A stretch of 56,005 nt of DNA from Gemmatimonadota bacterium (lineage in GTDB: Bacteria; Gemmatimonadota; Gemmatimonadetes; Gemmatimonadales; GWC2-71-9): NCBI GenBank assembly GCA_039587215.1, contig JBDHIW010000002.1, forward strand, positions 8,546 to 64,550, written 5' to 3'. This document shows positions 29,877 to 41,824 of this stretch, piece by piece. The notes below the pieces were generated by a model that ran no database searches, was not told the DNA's origin, and saw nothing but the letters and a program-made list of their open reading frames with translations. The position numbers were made by a program, and so were the translations under genes. Within the stretch, counting starts at the first letter, position 1. Every line of letters starts with the position of its first letter.

Positions 29877-32024
29877 ATGTCCAGCCCAACGCGATCGCGG
29901 TCGCGTGCCGCCAAGGCGCGCCAGCCGCAAGCCTCCCGGCTCGCCAAGAGTGATCTTCTGGAGTTCTATCGGCTGATGCTGCTGTCGCGGCGGCTCGATG
30001 ACAAGGAGATCCAGCTCAAGCGTCAGAACCGCATCTTCTTCCAGATTTCCGGCGCGGGACACGAGGCCGTGCTGGTGGCGGCGGCCAAGCTGATGCGTCC
30101 CGGTGTCGACTGGTTCTATCCCTACTACCGCGACCGGGCGCTGTGCCTCGCGCTGGGCATGACGCCCACGGAGATGCTGCTGTCGGCGGTCGCGGCTGCC
30201 GACGATCCGAACTCCGGTGGCCGGCAGATGCCGTCCCACTGGGGACACCACGACCTCAACATCGTGTCCTCGTCCAGTCCGACCGGCACGCAGTTCCTGC
30301 AGGCGGTCGGGTGTGCCGAGGCCTGGTACCGCTACGACCGGATCGAGGAGATTCCGGACCGCGCCGAGCGGAGCACCCGCGACGAGGTCACGTTTTGCTC
30401 AGCGGGCGACGGCACCACCAGCGAGGGCGAGTTCTGGGAGGCCCTCAACACGGCGTGCAATCTGCAGCTGCCGGTGCTCTTCCTCGTGGAGGACAACGGG
30501 TACGCGATCTCCGTGCCGGTCGAGGTGCAGACGGCGGGCGGCTCGATCTCGAAGCTCGTGTCCGGGTTTCCGCACCTGCACCTCGCCGAAGTCGATGGAT
30601 GCGATCCGCTGGCGTCGTACGACGCGCTGAGTGAGGCGCTGCACCACTGCCGCACCCGGCAGGGCCCCGCACTGGTGCATGCGCACGTCATCCGGCCGTA
30701 CTCGCACTCCCTCTCGGACGACGAGGTGATGTACAAGGCGTCGGCCGAGCGCGATGCGGAGGCCGAGCGCGACCCGGTCGTGACGTTTCCGGCGCGGCTG
30801 ATTGCCGACGGGACGGCGACCGAGGAGGAGATCGAGGCCATTCGCGCGCAGGTAGAGGAAGACGTCGACGTGGCGGCGGACGTGGCATTGGCCGCTCCTC
30901 AGCCGGCGGCGGACACGATCTACGAGCACGTCTACTCGCCGGACGTCGATCCGACGTCCGAGCCGTTCGACACGGAAGACGATCCGCAGTTCGCCGGCGA
31001 CCCAACGACCATGGTCGACCTGCTCAACAAGTGCATGGCCGACGAGATGGAGCGCGACCCCCGCATCGTGATCTTCGGCGAGGACGTGGCCGACATCTCG
31101 CGGGACGAACACCTGCCGGACGTGAAGGGCAAAGGCGGCGTGTTCAAGGTGACGTGGGGTCTGCAGCGTCGTTTCGGCGGCGATCGCGTCTTCAACTCGC
31201 CGCTCGCGGAGGCGAACATCGTCGGTCGCGCCATCGGGCTCGCGACCCGCGGGATCAAGCCCGTGGTGGAGATCCAGTTCTTCGACTACATCTGGCCGGC
31301 GTATCACCAGATCCGCAACGAGCTCGCGTTGCTTCGGTGGCGGAGCAACGGTACCTTCGCCGCGCCGGTCGTGGTGCGGGTGACATACGGCGGATATCTG
31401 AAGGGCGGGGCCATCTACCACTCGCAGACCGGGGCCGCCATCTACACGGGGGTGCCCGGTCTCCGCGTCGTTTGTCCGGCGACCGCGCTCGACGCCAACG
31501 GCCTGCTTCGGACGGCGATCCGGTGCGAGGATCCCGTGATCTTCCTCGAGCACAAACACCTGTACCGCCAGACGTACAACAAGGCGCCCTATCCCGGTCC
31601 GAACTTCGCGATTCCGTTCGGCAAGGCGCACGTGGCTCGTGAGGGAACGGACGTCACGGTCATCACCTACGGGGCGGTGGTACAGCGCGCGGTCGTGGCC
31701 GCCAAGGCGCTGGAGGAAAGCGACGGCATCCGGGCGGAGGTGATCGACCTCCGGTCACTCAACCCCGTGGATTGGGAGACGATCGAGGCGTCCGTCCGGA
31801 AGACGAACAAGGTGCTCGTGGCGTACGAAGACTCGTTGTCCTGGGGCTACGGTGCTGAACTGGCAGCCCGGATTGCGGACGATCACTTTGCGTGGCTCGA
31901 CGCGCCGGTTCGACGGCTTGCGGCGACCGACACCTTTGTCGCGTATGCACCGGAGCTGGAGGATGTGATCCTACCGCAGACGGCAGACGTCGAGGCGGCA
32001 GTGCGCGCGCTGCACGCGTTCTAA
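29877..32024 (+). CDS. 2-oxoacid (2-oxoisovalerate/pyruvate) dehydrogenase E1, fused alpha+beta
   Basis: [22 protein letters not shown]...[11 protein letters not shown] motif, HSLSDD; beta half GEDV, PLAE, EIQFFDY, HSQ, IDLRSL. Confidence 0.93.
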   Translation: MSSPTRSRSRAAKARQPQASRLAKSDLLEFYRLMLLSRRLDDKEIQLKRQNRIFFQISGAGHEAVLVAAAKLMRPGVDWFYPYYRDRALCLALGMTPTEMLLSAVAAADDPNSGGRQMPSHWGHHDLNIVSSSSPTGTQFLQAVGCAEAWYRYDRIEEIPDRAERSTRDEVTFCSAGDGTTSEGEFWEALNTACNLQLPVLFLVEDNGYAISVPVEVQTAGGSISKLVSGFPHLHLAEVDGCDPLASYDALSEALHHCRTRQGPALVHAHVIRPYSHSLSDDEVMYKASAERDAEAERDPVVTFPARLIADGTATEEEIEAIRAQVEEDVDVAADVALAAPQPAADTIYEHVYSPDVDPTSEPFDTEDDPQFAGDPTTMVDLLNKCMADEMERDPRIVIFGEDVADISRDEHLPDVKGKGGVFKVTWGLQRRFGGDRVFNSPLAEANIVGRAIGLATRGIKPVVEIQFFDYIWPAYHQIRNELALLRWRSNGTFAAPVVVRVTYGGYLKGGAIYHSQTGAAIYTGVPGLRVVCPATALDANGLLRTAIRCEDPVIFLEHKHLYRQTYNKAPYPGPNFAIPFGKAHVAREGTDVTVITYGAVVQRAVVAAKALEESDGIRAEVIDLRSLNPVDWETIEASVRKTNKVLVAYEDSLSWGYGAELAARIADDHFAWLDAPVRRLAATDTFVAYAPELEDVILPQTADVEAAVRALHAF

Positions 32025-32033
32025 GCGCGAGCG

Positions 32034-33941
32034 TCAGGCGTCGCGCGGTCCTCGCAACGCTTCCCGGATCTCCCCGGCCGCGTCCATCGCGGCTTCGACA
32101 TCGATCTGCAGCGCGCGCGCTTCCTGCGTGGCCGACGTGAGATCGCCGAGCACGGCCTGCACCCCCGCCGACCGGAGGCGCAGCAGGTCGAACCGCACGT
32201 TCTGAACGGCGAGCACGCACGATTCGAGATGCCGTGAGACGCGTTGCCGCCGTTCCACGAGTTCGATCACGGTAGCCCGCTGCCGGCGCAGCAGATCGAG
32301 CCGGCGATCGCTCTCCCCACCCCCGCCCTGCGCTTCGACCTCTTCGATGCGCGCATCCAGGCGGGCAAGCACGCTGTCGTCCCCGGCGCCTTCCATTTGC
32401 CGGAGCATGAGCGCCAGTTCCTCGGCGCGTGCGACGAGCGCCTCGACCGTGTCGGTGACCTCGGGCAGCATGGCGCGATCCGACGGTGTCAGCTTCTCCA
32501 ACACCTGCATGATGGCCTGCCGGTCCTTGCGGACCTGACCGATCTGATCGGCAAAGGGGCCGAACTCGCCCGTCGTCGGTTCGGGGCGCTTCGCAGACGC
32601 CAGCTGACGCTGTCCACCACCCTTCTGACTCGTCGGGGGGAGCGCGTCCGGAGCGGGTGGGCGGTTCAGGACGTCGCGCATGCTGTAGCCCGAACCCCAG
32701 AGCTTCCCGTACTGCGATGCGAGACCGATGCCCCATCCGATGGCCGGGAACAGGAACCACGGGGAGTCCAGGCCCGTCACCACGTTCATGAGCAGGAGTC
32801 CGCCGTTCACGGACACGTACGACGCCAGGTTTTGACGGAACTTCCGGACCACGCCGGGCTCGCCGGACTTGTTGGACTCGGCGGGTTCGCGATCGGGTCG
32901 CCGCGCGGGGGGGGCCGGCCGGGCCGGTCGGGCTCCGCGGTCGCGGTGCCGCCCCGGCTGGCGGTCGGAACGCGGCTCGTCGCCGAACCACTCCCACCAG
33001 TCCTGATCCCGCTGTCGTCCGGGCCGCGACGGCGCCGACGGGCGTCGCGACATGGCAGAGCGCGGGCGGTACGGGGTACTCGATCGGCTCTCGAGGGCGC
33101 GCCGGAGTGCGTCGATCGTGCTCCAGCGGTTGTCGGGTTCTTTGTCCAGACACCGCATCACGGACGAGGCGAGCTCGTCCGGGCAGTCGTGTCGGAGGCC
33201 CCGCAGCTCGGGTACGGGTTCGGTGACCTGTTTCACCAGAATCCCCTGCACCGTCGGCGCCTTGAAGGGGATTTCGCCAGTCAGCATCTCGAACGCCACG
33301 ACGCCGAGGGCATAGATGTCGCTGCGCGCGTCCACCTCCCGGTCGCCGGCAGCCTGCTCCGGACTCATGTAGGCGGGGGTACCGATGGCCACGCCCGTGC
33401 CCGTGAGCGACGCACCCGAGCCGTCCGCGGTCAGCGCTTTGGCGATCCCGAAGTCCGTGACCATCACACGACGTCGGGTCCCTTCGAGCAGGATATTGTC
33501 CGGCTTGATGTCGCGGTGGATGATCCCGAGGTTGTGCGCGAGGCCGAGCGCGTCGGCCGTTTCCTTCATGATGCGCCGGGCTTCCTCGACCGGCAGCCGG
33601 TCACGGCGCCGCAATCGGGCGGCCAGTGACTCCCCGTCCACGAACCCCATCACGAACCACACGAGGCCGCCCTCTTCGCCGACCGAGTGGATGGGAACGA
33701 TGTGCGGGTGCGAAAGCCGGGCCGCCGTCTGGGCCTCGCGCGTGAACCGCTTGCGGATCTCCTCGCGGTACGCGAGCTCGGGGGGCAGCACTTTGATGGC
33801 CACCCGACGCTTGAGCTTGACGTCGCGCGCGCTATACACGATGCCCATTCCACCCCGTCCGATCTCGCCTTCGAGTTCGTACGATCCGGTAAGAATGTCG
33901 GCTAGCCTTTCGGCCAGCGAGGCGTGCGACGAACTCTCCAT
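32034..33941 (-). CDS. Hanks-type Ser/Thr protein kinase with 2TM-like domain and C-terminal coiled coil
   Basis: GRGGMG, VAIK, HRDIKPDN, DFG, GTPAYMSPE; later YVSVNGGLLLMN...PWFLFPAIGWGIGL hydrophobic hairpin; start MESSSH. Confidence 0.92.
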   Translation of the reverse strand: MESSSHASLAERLADILTGSYELEGEIGRGGMGIVYSARDVKLKRRVAIKVLPPELAYREEIRKRFTREAQTAARLSHPHIVPIHSVGEEGGLVWFVMGFVDGESLAARLRRRDRLPVEEARRIMKETADALGLAHNLGIIHRDIKPDNILLEGTRRRVMVTDFGIAKALTADGSGASLTGTGVAIGTPAYMSPEQAAGDREVDARSDIYALGVVAFEMLTGEIPFKAPTVQGILVKQVTEPVPELRGLRHDCPDELASSVMRCLDKEPDNRWSTIDALRRALESRSSTPYRPRSAMSRRPSAPSRPGRQRDQDWWEWFGDEPRSDRQPGRHRDRGARPARPAPPARRPDREPAESNKSGEPGVVRKFRQNLASYVSVNGGLLLMNVVTGLDSPWFLFPAIGWGIGLASQYGKLWGSGYSMRDVLNRPPAPDALPPTSQKGGGQRQLASAKRPEPTTGEFGPFADQIGQVRKDRQAIMQVLEKLTPSDRAMLPEVTDTVEALVARAEELALMLRQMEGAGDDSVLARLDARIEEVEAQGGGGESDRRLDLLRRQRATVIELVERRQRVSRHLESCVLAVQNVRFDLLRLRSAGVQAVLGDLTSATQEARALQIDVEAAMDAAGEIREALRGPRDA

Positions 33942-34026
33942 GTGGCATCCACTCCCGAGCCGGGATACATTAACGTAGCCCTGAAGGGCGGGCAACCAAG
34001 TCTCTCCCCGTTTCGCCAGAGGCCAG

Positions 34027-34272
34027 ATGCGGTGGGTGATTGACGACGATGGCCGTAAGTGGACGGCCGAGCGAATCGGCCGGACCTCCGGCCTCATTCC
34101 GGTGCACAAGGATCAGGGCGGCTTTCCCCAGCCGCTCGACATCGTGCGGTTCAGCTGCGAATCCGTCGACGGCGTCTCGGACCGCGAGGTCACGACGCGT
34201 GCGGGCGTCCTGGAGCAGATGACCGACACTGAGCTGAAGGCGCTGCTCGCGAAGGCACCCGAGGCGTCCTAA
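34027..34272 (+). CDS. Hypothetical protein
   Basis: 81 aa divergent from the kinase; typical codon use (MRWVIDDDGRKWTAERIGRTSG...LKALL). Confidence 0.7.
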   Translation: MRWVIDDDGRKWTAERIGRTSGLIPVHKDQGGFPQPLDIVRFSCESVDGVSDREVTTRAGVLEQMTDTELKALLAKAPEAS

Positions 34273-34344
34273 AGCGCGTCTCGCGCGCGCACGCCTTCCA
34301 CGTCAAATTGGCAGCACTGGGTTCCCTCTCGTGACCGGAGGGCA

Positions 34345-34369
34345 GGAACCCTTGGCGGTGTTTCGGGTT
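34345..34369 (+). promoter_or_regulatory. Putative ECF sigma promoter upstream of lon (GGAAC-N17-GTT)
   Basis: GGAAC 34345-34349, 17 nt, GTT 34367-34369. Confidence 0.4.
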
Positions 34370-34461
34370 GTGACGACGTAGGTGCACCGATTGGCATGGA
34401 TCTGCGGTACGGACTCTGCCCCTGGGTCGTGCGCCACGTTTCGTGAGAAAGGTCGTTGTGT

Positions 34462-36897
<2,436 letters not shown>

Positions 36898-36908
36898 ACG
36901 CGCGAGCG

Positions 36909-37460
36909 TCACCACGCGAGACCGCGAAGCACCAGTTCCGCAATAGGCTCGCCGGACGGGTTTTCGTCACCGGATGCCGCGCCGAGCAGTGCGTCGCCGA
37001 TGACGAGGGCGGCGGCGGTTCGCGCATACTCGTCGGGGTCGACGTCGTCGCGAAAGTAGCCTGTTCCCTGGCCCCGGGAGACCGCTTGGGCCACTCTCCG
37101 GCGAAAGTCGGCCACGATGGCGACCGGCCGAGGGTCGGCATCCGCTCCCATGAGGCTCCGAAGGATGAGGCGCGCCTCGTCCGGGGCCCGGGCAATGCGG
37201 TCCAGCGTGGCGGCGAGTTCCTGGCGTACTTGATCGGGCCCACGCGTTGCCCCGACGTCTTGAGGTGCCCACCGGGCCGTGATGTGCTCGAGCACGGCGC
37301 CGTAGAGGCCATCTTTGGATCCGAAGTAGTAGTAGATCAGCTGCTTGTTGGCTGACGCTGACTCCGCGATTCGCCCGACTCGCGCACCGGCATACCCTCT
37401 GTCGGCGAACTCCGCCACTGCTGCTAAGAGTATACGCTCCTTCGACTTCTGAGCGGACAT
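36909..37460 (-). CDS. TetR/AcrR family transcriptional regulator
   Basis: RILLAAVAEFADRGY...IAESA...LIYYYFGSKDGLY HTH. Confidence 0.9.
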   Translation of the reverse strand: MSAQKSKERILLAAVAEFADRGYAGARVGRIAESASANKQLIYYYFGSKDGLYGAVLEHITARWAPQDVGATRGPDQVRQELAATLDRIARAPDEARLILRSLMGADADPRPVAIVADFRRRVAQAVSRGQGTGYFRDDVDPDEYARTAAALVIGDALLGAASGDENPSGEPIAELVLRGLAW

Positions 37461-37463
37461 CGC

Positions 37464-37485
37464 ATCACCCAACCGGTTGGTTGAT
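37464..37485. promoter_or_regulatory. Putative TetR operator
   Basis: ATCAcCCAACCGGTTGGtTGAT, 22-bp palindrome with one mismatched pair, between a minus-strand TATACT (37493-37488) and the TetR start. Confidence 0.7.
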
Positions 37486-37529
37486 ACAGTATATGCTGTT
37501 CTCCCCGTTCGGTAAACCTGCCGAGTGCC

Positions 37530-38216
37530 TCAGGGAGTCAGGGTCTCGAGCGTCGTCCGGGCGAACCCGACCAGTGACGGCAGCGATCCCCACACGCCCT
37601 CTGGGCCGTCGTTCGACTCCGACCCGATGATGGCGGCGTAACCGCAGCTCAGCACGGCCGGCTCGCGCGCGCGCCACAGCGCGCCGGTCTCCCCATCGAG
37701 AATCCGGGTGCCGGTCACGGGCAGGGCGCCAGGATCGGACGTCACGATCACGAAGGAGGAAAGGCCGTCCGCCTCTCGCTTGCGCCAAACGGGCGTCAGG
37801 GTCGCCGCCGTGTCGGGGGTGCCGAGGAATCTGACGGGTTCCGGGTCCCGAGCCGCGAGTCGGATGGCGAGCTCCCGAAACTCGCGAAGACCAGAGAACT
37901 CCTGGATCGAGGCTGCCCCGTGCGGGGACTTGGACGCGAACTGCTGCTCGAGCAGCTCCACGCGCGCAATGGTGACCCTCCCGAGCTCGGCAACGAGGTC
38001 GTCCGGCCGCGTGGCCCGGTACACCTTGGGGTCTGGAGACTGGAGACGGGCGGCGCCCTTGCCCACCAGACCATCCAAGGCCGCGTAGGCGTTGGCGCGA
38101 GCAACGCCCAACTGCTTGCCGACCTGGTAACCGGTCGCCGGTCCCAGGTCAAGCAGGGCCAAGTAGGCCGCAGACTCCGTCGGTGTGAAGCCGAAGGGTG
38201 TTAGGTCTGGTTGCAT
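37530..38216 (-). CDS. TrmB family transcriptional regulator
   Basis: FGFTPTESAAYLALL...ATGYQVGKQLGVARANAYAALDGLVGKG winged HTH plus effector-like C-terminal domain. Confidence 0.85.
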   Translation of the reverse strand: MQPDLTPFGFTPTESAAYLALLDLGPATGYQVGKQLGVARANAYAALDGLVGKGAARLQSPDPKVYRATRPDDLVAELGRVTIARVELLEQQFASKSPHGAASIQEFSGLREFRELAIRLAARDPEPVRFLGTPDTAATLTPVWRKREADGLSSFVIVTSDPGALPVTGTRILDGETGALWRAREPAVLSCGYAAIIGSESNDGPEGVWGSLPSLVGFARTTLETLTP

Positions 38217-38240
38217 AAGTAGTAGCGACAGCTACTACTT
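38217..38240. promoter_or_regulatory. Putative TrmB-family autoregulatory operator
   Basis: Perfect inverted repeat AAGTAGTAGC-GACA-GCTACTACTT abutting the ATG and overlapping a minus-strand TAAAGT (38242-38237). Confidence 0.75.
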
Positions 38241-38271
38241 TAGCGCACAACTCCGAATTTGCAAAGAAGTG

Positions 38272-39378
38272 CTAGGTGTAGGAGAGCTCCCACCCGGCTA
38301 GCTTGGCGATCAGCGCCAATCGGAACGTCACGTCGGCTTGGCGGCGAGGGAGGGTCTTCGCATCCATTTCCAGCGGGAATCCGAAGTCTGCGAGCTTCGA
38401 CGAGCTCTTGGGAATGGCGCGGAGGTTCTTGGGGCTCCAGACGCCTTTGCGGTCGCAGTCACGAAGGAGCCGGTTCAAGATCCGCGTGGCCACACCTGAC
38501 TGCTCCAGAATCCCAAGCCTCACCAGGGTCTCAATCCAGTGCAGGGCAAACGGCAGATCCTTGGGTCGTCCGGCGGAGTCGGCCGCCAGAGGCTCCCCGA
38601 GCAGGTGGAAGGTCGGCTTGATGACCTTGCGACCCACCATGATCGTGTAGGTCCGGCGCGGGGCCGGCTTGGTGATGTAGGCCGCAAACCGGTCGACGAA
38701 TCCCGCACGCTCGCGCTGAATGCTCGGCATGTGCGCAATCGTCGTGGCGAGGAACACCGTCGGCGGATGAGCGTCCGGGTGCAGGATGTTCCGAGAGCTC
38801 TTCCGGATGATGGGCTTGTCGGCGAGTTCGCTTCTCAGGAACTGTGACACTTCCGAGGCGGTCCGATGCGCCGCGCCCCGAACCCTGGGGTCTTCGACTT
38901 TGCCCGCCTGAGCCAGCACGGCCGTGATGCCGTCCCGCACGAGCTGGCGTCCCCAGTCCGCGAGATCCGGGTTGGTCTTGGCCGGCTTCCGGTACTCGAA
39001 TTCAAGCGCGGGGTCCAAGTCGCGCGACAGGACCCGATAGAACATCCGCTCCGCCAAGCGGAACGCCCGGTGGTCGCGGGGCACCCCGAGTTCGAGAAGG
39101 CGTCGGTACTGCCAGACGGATCCCACTCCTCGGATTCCCTGCGCCTTGGACGCCGCGAGTCCGAGCATGTTGCCGGACCACACTCCGTCGGGCCTCTGTT
39201 TCCGGAGGGTCTGCACGACGCCCTTGTACTCGGCGACTTCCGCCTCGAGCGCTTCGACGTCCGCCGGGGTCGCCGCGCCGGGCGGCAGAATCTCCGAGAC
39301 GGTTCGCCAGCGTATTGGGGCGCAGGCGTTGTCTCGCAGCCAGCTGACTGGGACGCGGTGTGTGGTGGGAAGGTCCAG
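38272..39378 (-). CDS. Hypothetical protein with QW-like motifs (prenyltransferase/terpene-cyclase-like helical fold), probable CTG start
   Basis: Frame stays open 54 codons upstream of the track's GTG to CTG 39378, with AGGAG 9 nt upstream and an in-frame TAG beyond; KQRPDGVW and DRKGVW motifs. Confidence 0.7.
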   Translation of the reverse strand: MDLPTTHRVPVSWLRDNACAPIRWRTVSEILPPGAATPADVEALEAEVAEYKGVVQTLRKQRPDGVWSGNMLGLAASKAQGIRGVGSVWQYRRLLELGVPRDHRAFRLAERMFYRVLSRDLDPALEFEYRKPAKTNPDLADWGRQLVRDGITAVLAQAGKVEDPRVRGAAHRTASEVSQFLRSELADKPIIRKSSRNILHPDAHPPTVFLATTIAHMPSIQRERAGFVDRFAAYITKPAPRRTYTIMVGRKVIKPTFHLLGEPLAADSAGRPKDLPFALHWIETLVRLGILEQSGVATRILNRLLRDCDRKGVWSPKNLRAIPKSSSKLADFGFPLEMDAKTLPRRQADVTFRLALIAKLAGWELSYT

Positions 39379-39485
39379 TGTCCTCTACTCCTGTCCTACA
39401 TGACTAATTGGAGGCGCGACAACATACTTGGTTTTCCGGGCGACCACTAGGCCCCGAGTGGAATCCCCAGTGATTCCGGATGGAA

Positions 39486-40853
39486 TCAGGGTATCGCGAC
39501 CCTGAGGACCGGCCGGCCCTGCATTTCTCGCAGTATTTCGATCACGCCACCTGCCAGATCGACAGACGTTTTTGCGCCGGCCCCACCGCCAACCACTACG
39601 GACGCCACACCGGCCCGGCCCGCGTCCAACCATTGCGGGCCGAGCATCATCCACTCACTCGGATCTCCGCCGACGGGACCGGTCCCAACGAGCACGCTGT
39701 CAAGCGACGAACCCGCTCCGCCCCAGAGGCCCTGCCGATCGCCGGCGCTCGCGACCCCCACGTGGTCGAGCACCACCGCGCTATGGGCGTCCCGCAGGAC
39801 GGCTCCGCGGGCGTAGGATCCATGCGCCCCAGGCGTCGCGAGAAACACCACCGGACGCCCTCCACGCTCCGGCATGGAGGCGAAGCGGCATGCAAGGGCC
39901 AGGAACGCGCCGAGGCTCTGGGCGTTGTGGCCGCGTGCTCCAGGCGTCTCGTCGTAATGCGTCAGGACCAGAATCGAGCCTGCGTCCGGGCTCGTCGTTC
40001 CCGGCGACCGGGCTCCAACGGACGGCATCGTGACGAGGTCGAAGGTCGTTGTGAGATCTGCCACGAGGTGTCCGCCGAGCGACAGGGGCGCGAACCCGGG
40101 CTGCGCCGCCCGACGCTCGAGCACCGCGAGGTCCCGGTCCGCCGTCGCGAGGAGTTCGGCCATGGCCGAACGCGTGATCCACGCAGCGAACGCGAGGCCG
40201 CGCGGCAACTCCGCCGCGCCCGATCCGACGGGATCCAGAGCCACCGTGGAGATGTCGTCGATCACGATCAGCACCCCGCGCGTGCCGAGCCCGGCGAGAC
40301 GGCGCAGCTTCGAGTCGGGAAGGGCGTCCACGCCGTCTCGTATGGTTGGCGCATCCTCCGGGGCGGCCGCGCGGTCGCCATCGAGCACGACCGCGATGCT
40401 TCCATCGAGAGACCCCGCGCCGAGGTCGTTCCGCCCACGGTGTGGCGCGACCATGCCGTACCCGACGAAGACGAGTGGCCCGTCGACGCTGAGCTGGCCG
40501 GCGCGCGCGTTGGCGCGCAGGTCTGCGGGTGCCCGCAGGTTGACGGTGCGCGGTCCAAACCCCACCACCATGGTGCCCTCGGTGGCCGAGCGTCGTACGG
40601 TCGTCGGCTGCTCGAAGACGCCGTTGCCCCAGAGGCCGTCGAGACCTGCGCCCTCGAGGGCGGCCGAGAGGTAAGCCGCGGTCACCAACGCACCACGGCT
40701 GCCGACGGATCGCTCCTCGAGCAGCGGCGATGCCAGAAAGCGCAGATCGGCCGATAGACGCGGGTCTGTCTCCTGCGCGAAGCCGGACCCCGCTCCAAGG
40801 AGGAGTGTCCCCACGAGGAGGCCCCGTGCGAGCGCGTGCGTCGGGCTACCCAT
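39486..40853 (-). CDS. Exported PA-domain M28 peptidase homologue with degenerate active site
   Basis: Signal peptide, DLRFLAS..LEER..GSRG, PLVFVGYG PA domain, THYD; the DN, EE and final His motifs are not recognisable. Confidence 0.7.
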   Translation of the reverse strand: MGSPTHALARGLLVGTLLLGAGSGFAQETDPRLSADLRFLASPLLEERSVGSRGALVTAAYLSAALEGAGLDGLWGNGVFEQPTTVRRSATEGTMVVGFGPRTVNLRAPADLRANARAGQLSVDGPLVFVGYGMVAPHRGRNDLGAGSLDGSIAVVLDGDRAAAPEDAPTIRDGVDALPDSKLRRLAGLGTRGVLIVIDDISTVALDPVGSGAAELPRGLAFAAWITRSAMAELLATADRDLAVLERRAAQPGFAPLSLGGHLVADLTTTFDLVTMPSVGARSPGTTSPDAGSILVLTHYDETPGARGHNAQSLGAFLALACRFASMPERGGRPVVFLATPGAHGSYARGAVLRDAHSAVVLDHVGVASAGDRQGLWGGAGSSLDSVLVGTGPVGGDPSEWMMLGPQWLDAGRAGVASVVVGGGAGAKTSVDLAGGVIEILREMQGRPVLRVAIP

Positions 40854-41751
40854 CGACACACCATGCGCGGCCGATGCCGCCGCGGCCCAGGCCGAGGCCC
40901 TCGGCCGTCAGGACGACACCCCCCTCCGGATGGAAGTCCACCGCCTCACCCTGTCCGTCGGCAAACCCAAGCCAGCAGGGAGATCCGTCCGCGATCCACG
41001 TTCCCGCGTCGTCCATCGCAAAGAAATAGAGTTCGGTGTAGGTCCGGACCACCAGGCGCGCCCCGTCGGGAGAGATCGCCGCTCCCGTCGGCACGCGGCC
41101 GAGAATCGGCACCGGCCGGAATCCCAGGTCGCCGACGCGTTCGGCCGTTGCGGTGTCGCCCGCGAAGGCGGTGGCGCGCACACGGAAGATCTCGATCGAG
41201 CCGGCAGCGGTCTTGGGCACGAGCCATACGGTGCCGTCCCGTCCCACCGCCAGGGCCTCAGTGTCGCGCGGCCCGCCAGGGTACCGCACGCGGAGGTGCC
41301 TCGCGACATCGACGGTGTCGGTGGGCCCCCGCAGTGTCGAGGGCTCGACCACGACGTAGAGGTCGACCCACTCACGATGGCCGAGGTTGTTGCCGATGTC
41401 GCCCACCACGAGGCAGGAGCCGGGGCGCCCGGGGCACGGGCCGGCCGCGATGTCCTCCCAGTCGACGGCGCCCGCGCCCCGAAGCCACACCGTGCCCCGG
41501 TCGCGACCGTCGAGGTCGGTGAGATAGAGTACCGGCCCGTCGTCCGAATCGTTGTGGGTCCACAGGTAGCCGCCGCCCTGGCGGCTCACCGCCACCCCGG
41601 AACTCTCCCGAATTCGCCGGTTCTCGAACGTGCCGACCCGCTCGTAGCGTGTCTCGCGTCTGTCCCCCTGGTGCCAGGCGCCGTCGCCCGAGCCCAGCGT
41701 CGCCGCCGCGATGGCGCACGAGGAGAGAAGGCCCACCGTGATTCCGTGCAT
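40846..41751 (-). CDS. Secreted beta-propeller-like protein (SdiA-regulated/phytase-esterase-like)
   Basis: Signal-like N-terminus; ESSGVAVS, LWTHNDS, DWEDIA, GDIGNN, DTEAL, TGAAISPDG, QGEAV. Confidence 0.75.
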   Translation of the reverse strand: MHGITVGLLSSCAIAAATLGSGDGAWHQGDRRETRYERVGTFENRRIRESSGVAVSRQGGGYLWTHNDSDDGPVLYLTDLDGRDRGTVWLRGAGAVDWEDIAAGPCPGRPGSCLVVGDIGNNLGHREWVDLYVVVEPSTLRGPTDTVDVARHLRVRYPGGPRDTEALAVGRDGTVWLVPKTAAGSIEIFRVRATAFAGDTATAERVGDLGFRPVPILGRVPTGAAISPDGARLVVRTYTELYFFAMDDAGTWIADGSPCWLGFADGQGEAVDFHPEGGVVLTAEGLGLGRGGIGRAWCVDG

Positions 41752-41824
41752 GACGCGCGAAGGATGCCGCAACGCGGCGTGCAAAGCGAGAGGGCTCGGG
41801 AATCCCGATTATCTTAATTCACCT

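Noticed and set aside
34308-34335. Possible CIRCE element upstream of lon
   Set aside because: TTGGCAGCAC has no matching inverted half at 9-nt spacing.
34391-34405. Sigma54-like TTGGCATGGATCTGC upstream of lon
   Set aside because: GG-to-GC spacing is 9 nt, not the required 10.
37474-37499. E. coli-type SOS box at the TetR promoter
   Set aside because: CTGT-N8 is followed by ACCG rather than ACAG, and the second TetR promoter has no partner half-site.
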